Source: an uncultured Methanosarcinales archaeon (GTDB lineage: Archaea > Nanobdellota > Nanobdellia > Woesearchaeales > CAZKBD01). From it: a DNA stretch of 40,506 nt. Positions 39,601 through 40,506 of the stretch are shown in pieces (position 1 is the first letter of the stretch; every line of letters starts with the position of its first letter). The DNA is taken from NCBI GenBank assembly GCA_964550945.1, contig CAZKBD010000007.1:1-40506 (forward strand). Reading direction: 5' to 3'. The notes under the pieces were generated by a model. That model worked only from the letters and a program-made list of their open reading frames with translations, searched no databases and had not been told where the DNA came from. The translations under genes were made by a program, and so were the position numbers.

Positions 39601-40506
39601 CCTACAGGCTTGGAAGTTTAGTTGCAAACTTATCATCGCCTTCTGGAACATATACTGTTAATGAAACAAGTATTTTTAATGCTACATGCAAAGTAAATTG
39701 CACTGAGGGCTGGTGCTATAACACTCAGGTTTATATCCAAAACAATGCAAGCAGCTTTAACTGGACTGATATAACTGATTCAACAGGCCGCCTAATTTAT
39801 GTTGGCGGCTCTAATCCCCAGGTTTTGGGCCAGATTAATTCATCACAGTTAATCAACTTCACACTAAGAGGAAACCAAATAACTAAGGATAATTACATCA
39901 GGTGCATAGCAACTTCAACATATTCCAATATAAATGGAACGCCATCTGCAAATATAATTGTGAATGACTTCAGTTATCCAACTGTTGCCCTGAATAATCC
40001 TCAGAATGACAGCTGGGATAATGATGCTAATGTTGTATTTTATTACACGCCCAATGATAACCATAATGTCTCAAACTGCTCATTGATTATTAATGGCACA
40101 CTAAATCAAACAAATCACACAATATTTGAGGCAATACCAAACAATTTCACATTAACCAATTTAGGTGAAGCAACTTATAATTGGGATGTTAACTGCTCTG
40201 ATAGCTTTGGCAATACAAACATTTCAGAAATATGGGTTGTTAGCGTAGATACAATAGAACCCACTATAGGATTCACATTCCCAACATCCGACAACAACAC
40301 ATTTGTTAATCTAGACTGGATATTTGTCAATGTAAGCGCAAACGAAACAAACGAGAAGAACATCACTTTCTTTTTATACAATTCAACCCAGCTAATAAAT
40401 GCGACAAACTTCAGCAATCTGCAAAGGGCAATAAACTTCAGCTACTTAAATTCTAACGAGCCTTACCTCTATAATGTCAGCATAGTAGATAAGGCAGATA
40501 ACAGAA
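30633..40506 (+). CDS. giant (>3290 aa) surface glycoprotein/adhesin, 3'-partial
   Basis: MIKDH.. with hydrophobic signal/anchor. Spot checks show the same frame open at 32.8 kb and at the window end (..NVSIVDKADNR); absent from the ORF track, consistent with no stop. Ig-like repeats, many NxS/T sequons, P/E-rich linker ~32670-32850. Confidence 0.85.
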   Translation, partial: MIKDHILRNVKGLTKIRYFAFIFIVVLLAISFISIQMIGGYSENQSNKIITVNLSYKNGTSFDMDNDGTETIDGVIDYTVEYANFSWGINYSKLGTRWFIHSIDNGQTTTLCYGEQKTCNFVELEPSIDQWNETFNVYYGRYDASYNSTIGAQVIYVDYDIESENPYSEIIYSELNHLPAKFLKPNEIITYTKVASYLKEEPSVLRGDLLEIGATLSYIDDSPLPFESVSVYFNDSLVDTRLTDPLGYVQFDINTAPMLPADYLLNVSFAGKITESSQETITVMPSFNISILEVLQSNLTNLTNNKPICNIIPNFTINKNENLTLDLDGYCFDPDEDTLIYSYYKPDNLSAELNNNILTLIPEYNFTGVSFMFITANDSEVITISNIFMINVTGIEIAEEIKPNIKLIREHSSGVGVNKTMPISLILWNNNSIDISDFTVVDVYEEGWAVIDKPEDSYIVDNTINMLINSLAADELFIINYTIMAPGEIGSSEFYSYMDYSSYIQNTTKKEVEVNTSKAFFYTSLDLYQNDNKTTRTMAPNTSYNALFKIKNIGDKPVTDYDTIFTFEIDGSWDAPLSSIECENKNIIIEEGKKKIQCLFRPFLVDEEKVLVMEISSGQIKEEIAKINVTYDPPVKEKITSITSKIKSFFMNALDKITSFFEGLFNGPLIIGQVVRPLPNETTAPEPATIEPEVPIENPVIEEPVQEPTTPIEETKPAEEPAKTETKPAPEAIEEPQEEIKKKKGSRRIAPKQEEPVVKQWFTTTQELFFMARDIEAPEELIAQFDIDIKDSKNETVGMNKKIKKIKNETYDLELEFENKKIKKIKFEHINIKKDEGFSLKFDDVNESEIEIVGKNVMKSFAIDASGLNFSNATIIVEAKGHDLWKCKNWNFSEQRCYGSWQKIMDITPGQEYAIQLSANDPGFAETGVASINTKKSIYHPDEIAEIIIVVLDTAGHLVSDAQVGLNITSPDNSLYFYSTSNNDIIETERGIYEINFSNTNLEGNYSMVVYAAADNVNSTMLSYFIVKDYYEFDILRNTPATTDPWRGAFNSSIQIVSFTDASIFNFSELLPQDFTVTDNGGAAELIINNKKILTWQNLENNSLVSYTASPPLITPELYEIGPSYINYNSNIFYEARPWYLAVDPTDTYNGANASSFTENCSEVVAGTLADTISDNAGYYRMGRYKSNGAFPGWGTAYKAYLDIHIPNAEALVTGINLTWDGYCVKTTGSDTYMKLAWYDWDTSSYNDFNNDDFICGAGLEPASNPSILISGATNVAKALNGSGYVRVVFAAYNGNKACPDGTDFYHDHIFAIVTTLEDISPVWSFNQTKFVSPYSPTTRSSFNVTWNDTVGVSYVWFESNYSGARLNYTMNRVSGNAQSGIYNHSEILPAGTFYWKSYANDTRNVWNNTLDWEFTVNRANTIINLTINNTAQNIQTNEDVSLWVNGTLVTGDNRTIQIYKNGSLFNDGYSPLSNYTFFPEPGLYNFTLVYQTSQNYSYSNITYFINVSDISAPNITLAGPANNSYSTSRTVAFMFNVSDFNEIANCTLDLNSQLWYKNQSYVNRTQTNSITVSNLPQTTLNWYINCTELSPNSLYRQSEIRIVKVDAAPPAISYLNPTPANNSLKNTSLIYVNVSHTEASPANPDKVVLYISGQANETKSYLGGSNKFTNFSLNLSEGTYNLSVVINDSAGNINITPNITVTIDLLFPQINYSDPTPAHNSNISQNSFTVNATHFEANKAQIIFYLNNSINQTKNYDVDWTNFSVAGLHDGLYNYYVWLNDSAGNSNMTGTRAITIDTTPPNLFLEYPFNDTWSRYNNITFAYNVTDNLIGTYNCSLIINDGANATNATITESASQIFNISLDNGLGYNWSINCSDRLNNTNNSETRMMGVDITYPAISKEATNGTNFNVSTYICLNVTVIDSYSNVKEVNVTVNYPVSGLANISLSNATSGCGDAGGNVWSTRLYNSEEGQYNWTMTFARDYAGNLNSSIPTGLLNWSAVSQIFLNITLKSPLANFILNESSETYNSSYIHTCNVTCREDSTSNCNDVVISAQYYDGAWKAIETTTTKLINNLNNKTCGNLAPNSFCNETFNITVGGTAGGSTYGLRCKSESSNAPDDISVVVNLTVNDFPVAAFTYPLNSSYLNGIKILNASASTDDVNITNYLFELDNNTNFNSPTVLCNSANHNCTFNTSSQSQCNDSTFNCFIRLNVTDYYGLKNTTFVSIQIDNTNPVVNLDLPLNDSWSSSSNIDFKYTPSDANIDACILYYNETVWQQIETNNSPVNGQQDTFNRTLNDGAYLWNIWCNDSAGNSAFNKTNLTVYVDVTKPKINFTAGTAENNSFFARNWIYVNVSVEETNENNITFYLYNSTQIINTTNFTTAQRHVNFTGLSGDEYYLYNVTVRDKAANKNTTEARKITLDATAPQINFSTGTADNNSYYNRNWIYVNVSIADDNQNVTRFYLYDSAFNLLNNTNYTDGTTYINFSSLTDTNEAYYYNVTHIDKIGFENSTETRVIILDSINPAVDLNEPINDTHVSRTDVQFNFTPSDINLQNCSLYGNFSGAWQINQTAVNINNGIKNSFNTTTLQNGDHIWNVICHDKAGNNAFNKTNFTIDIDTNAPGQFNLSYPENDTYSTDRTPLLNWTPANEPNFANYTVIFDTTPEFGSIDNQYFVVGNSSNTTYQVDAAGQLNDNTLFYWKVLAYDTLHHNRNSTQIFTYATDNIKPNIYLESPSNNSLITGSFSVNFNYNLTDNFNIRNCSLIIDRSLVDTDTTITINTSQTISYVLTNGQHNWSINCTDYAGNINQSPMRNISLNVAVPKLRYYETKPGAVAATTVQYINLSNAAEANADRVTLSLGAGSTGLYQFVEATLVNDANFGPNGLLIPSSTTALFDGYFDAGRASAGYAYWKLEYNNGSGYTQMCVHQSTAYIPDAEGQVTGSCSSPAYEIYLDSGDTLRLSVFVNKVDSRSTDFYHDLDNPDNSGFDIYAYRLGSLVANLSSPSGTYTVNETSIFNATCKVNCTEGWCYNTQVYIQNNASSFNWTDITDSTGRLIYVGGSNPQVLGQINSSQLINFTLRGNQITKDNYIRCIATSTYSNINGTPSANIIVNDFSYPTVALNNPQNDSWDNDANVVFYYTPNDNHNVSNCSLIINGTLNQTNHTIFEAIPNNFTLTNLGEATYNWDVNCSDSFGNTNISEIWVVSVDTIEPTIGFTFPTSDNNTFVNLDWIFVNVSANETNEKNITFFLYNSTQLINATNFSNLQRAINFSYLNSNEPYLYNVSIVDKADNR

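Noticed and set aside
31661..40417. Short ORF-track calls within the last 10 kb
   Set aside because: Antisense or out-of-frame to the giant surface-protein frame
37670..40445. Internal DNA repeats in the giant gene as a DGR template/variable pair
   Set aside because: Differences are not adenine-specific and no reverse transcriptase is present; these are ordinary domain duplications

Overview
AT-rich archaeal DNA. Evidence: BRE/TATA promoters, GGTGA-type ribosome-binding sites, several apparently leaderless genes. Gene content suggests a DPANN, Woesearchaeota-like host (inference). Three parts: (1) 1-2.5 kb, packed small minus-strand orphan genes, including AbrB/MazE-like repeats and a stand-alone MCM-type winged helix. 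(2) 2.7-18.4 kb, a defence/toxin-antitoxin island: CARF-wHTH, two wHTH-MNT/HEPN pairs, an RNase J-like beta-CASP nuclease, YhaM, a type II R-M module, RelE/DUF2683, mini-thermonuclease, PIN, RadC, three YhcG/DUF1016 copies and TcmP plus radical SAM. It carries visible scars of cassette stacking: repeated nuclease-gene 5' ends, a radC 5' remnant, a ~108-bp direct repeat and a shared CACTGGACAT-N12-TATA promoter motif. (3) 18.5-40.5 kb, a cell-surface locus: a membrane-anchored HerA/VirB4-like ATPase with an extracellular domain, three small proteins sharing its C-terminal HVNxxKNDFxxW domain, three RHH regulators (two missed by the ORF track), a tandem-HTH regulator, two large membrane proteins and a >3290-aa surface protein running off the window end. 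No CRISPR array, tRNA, rRNA or integrase was recognised. All family calls come from motif recognition by eye, not database searches.
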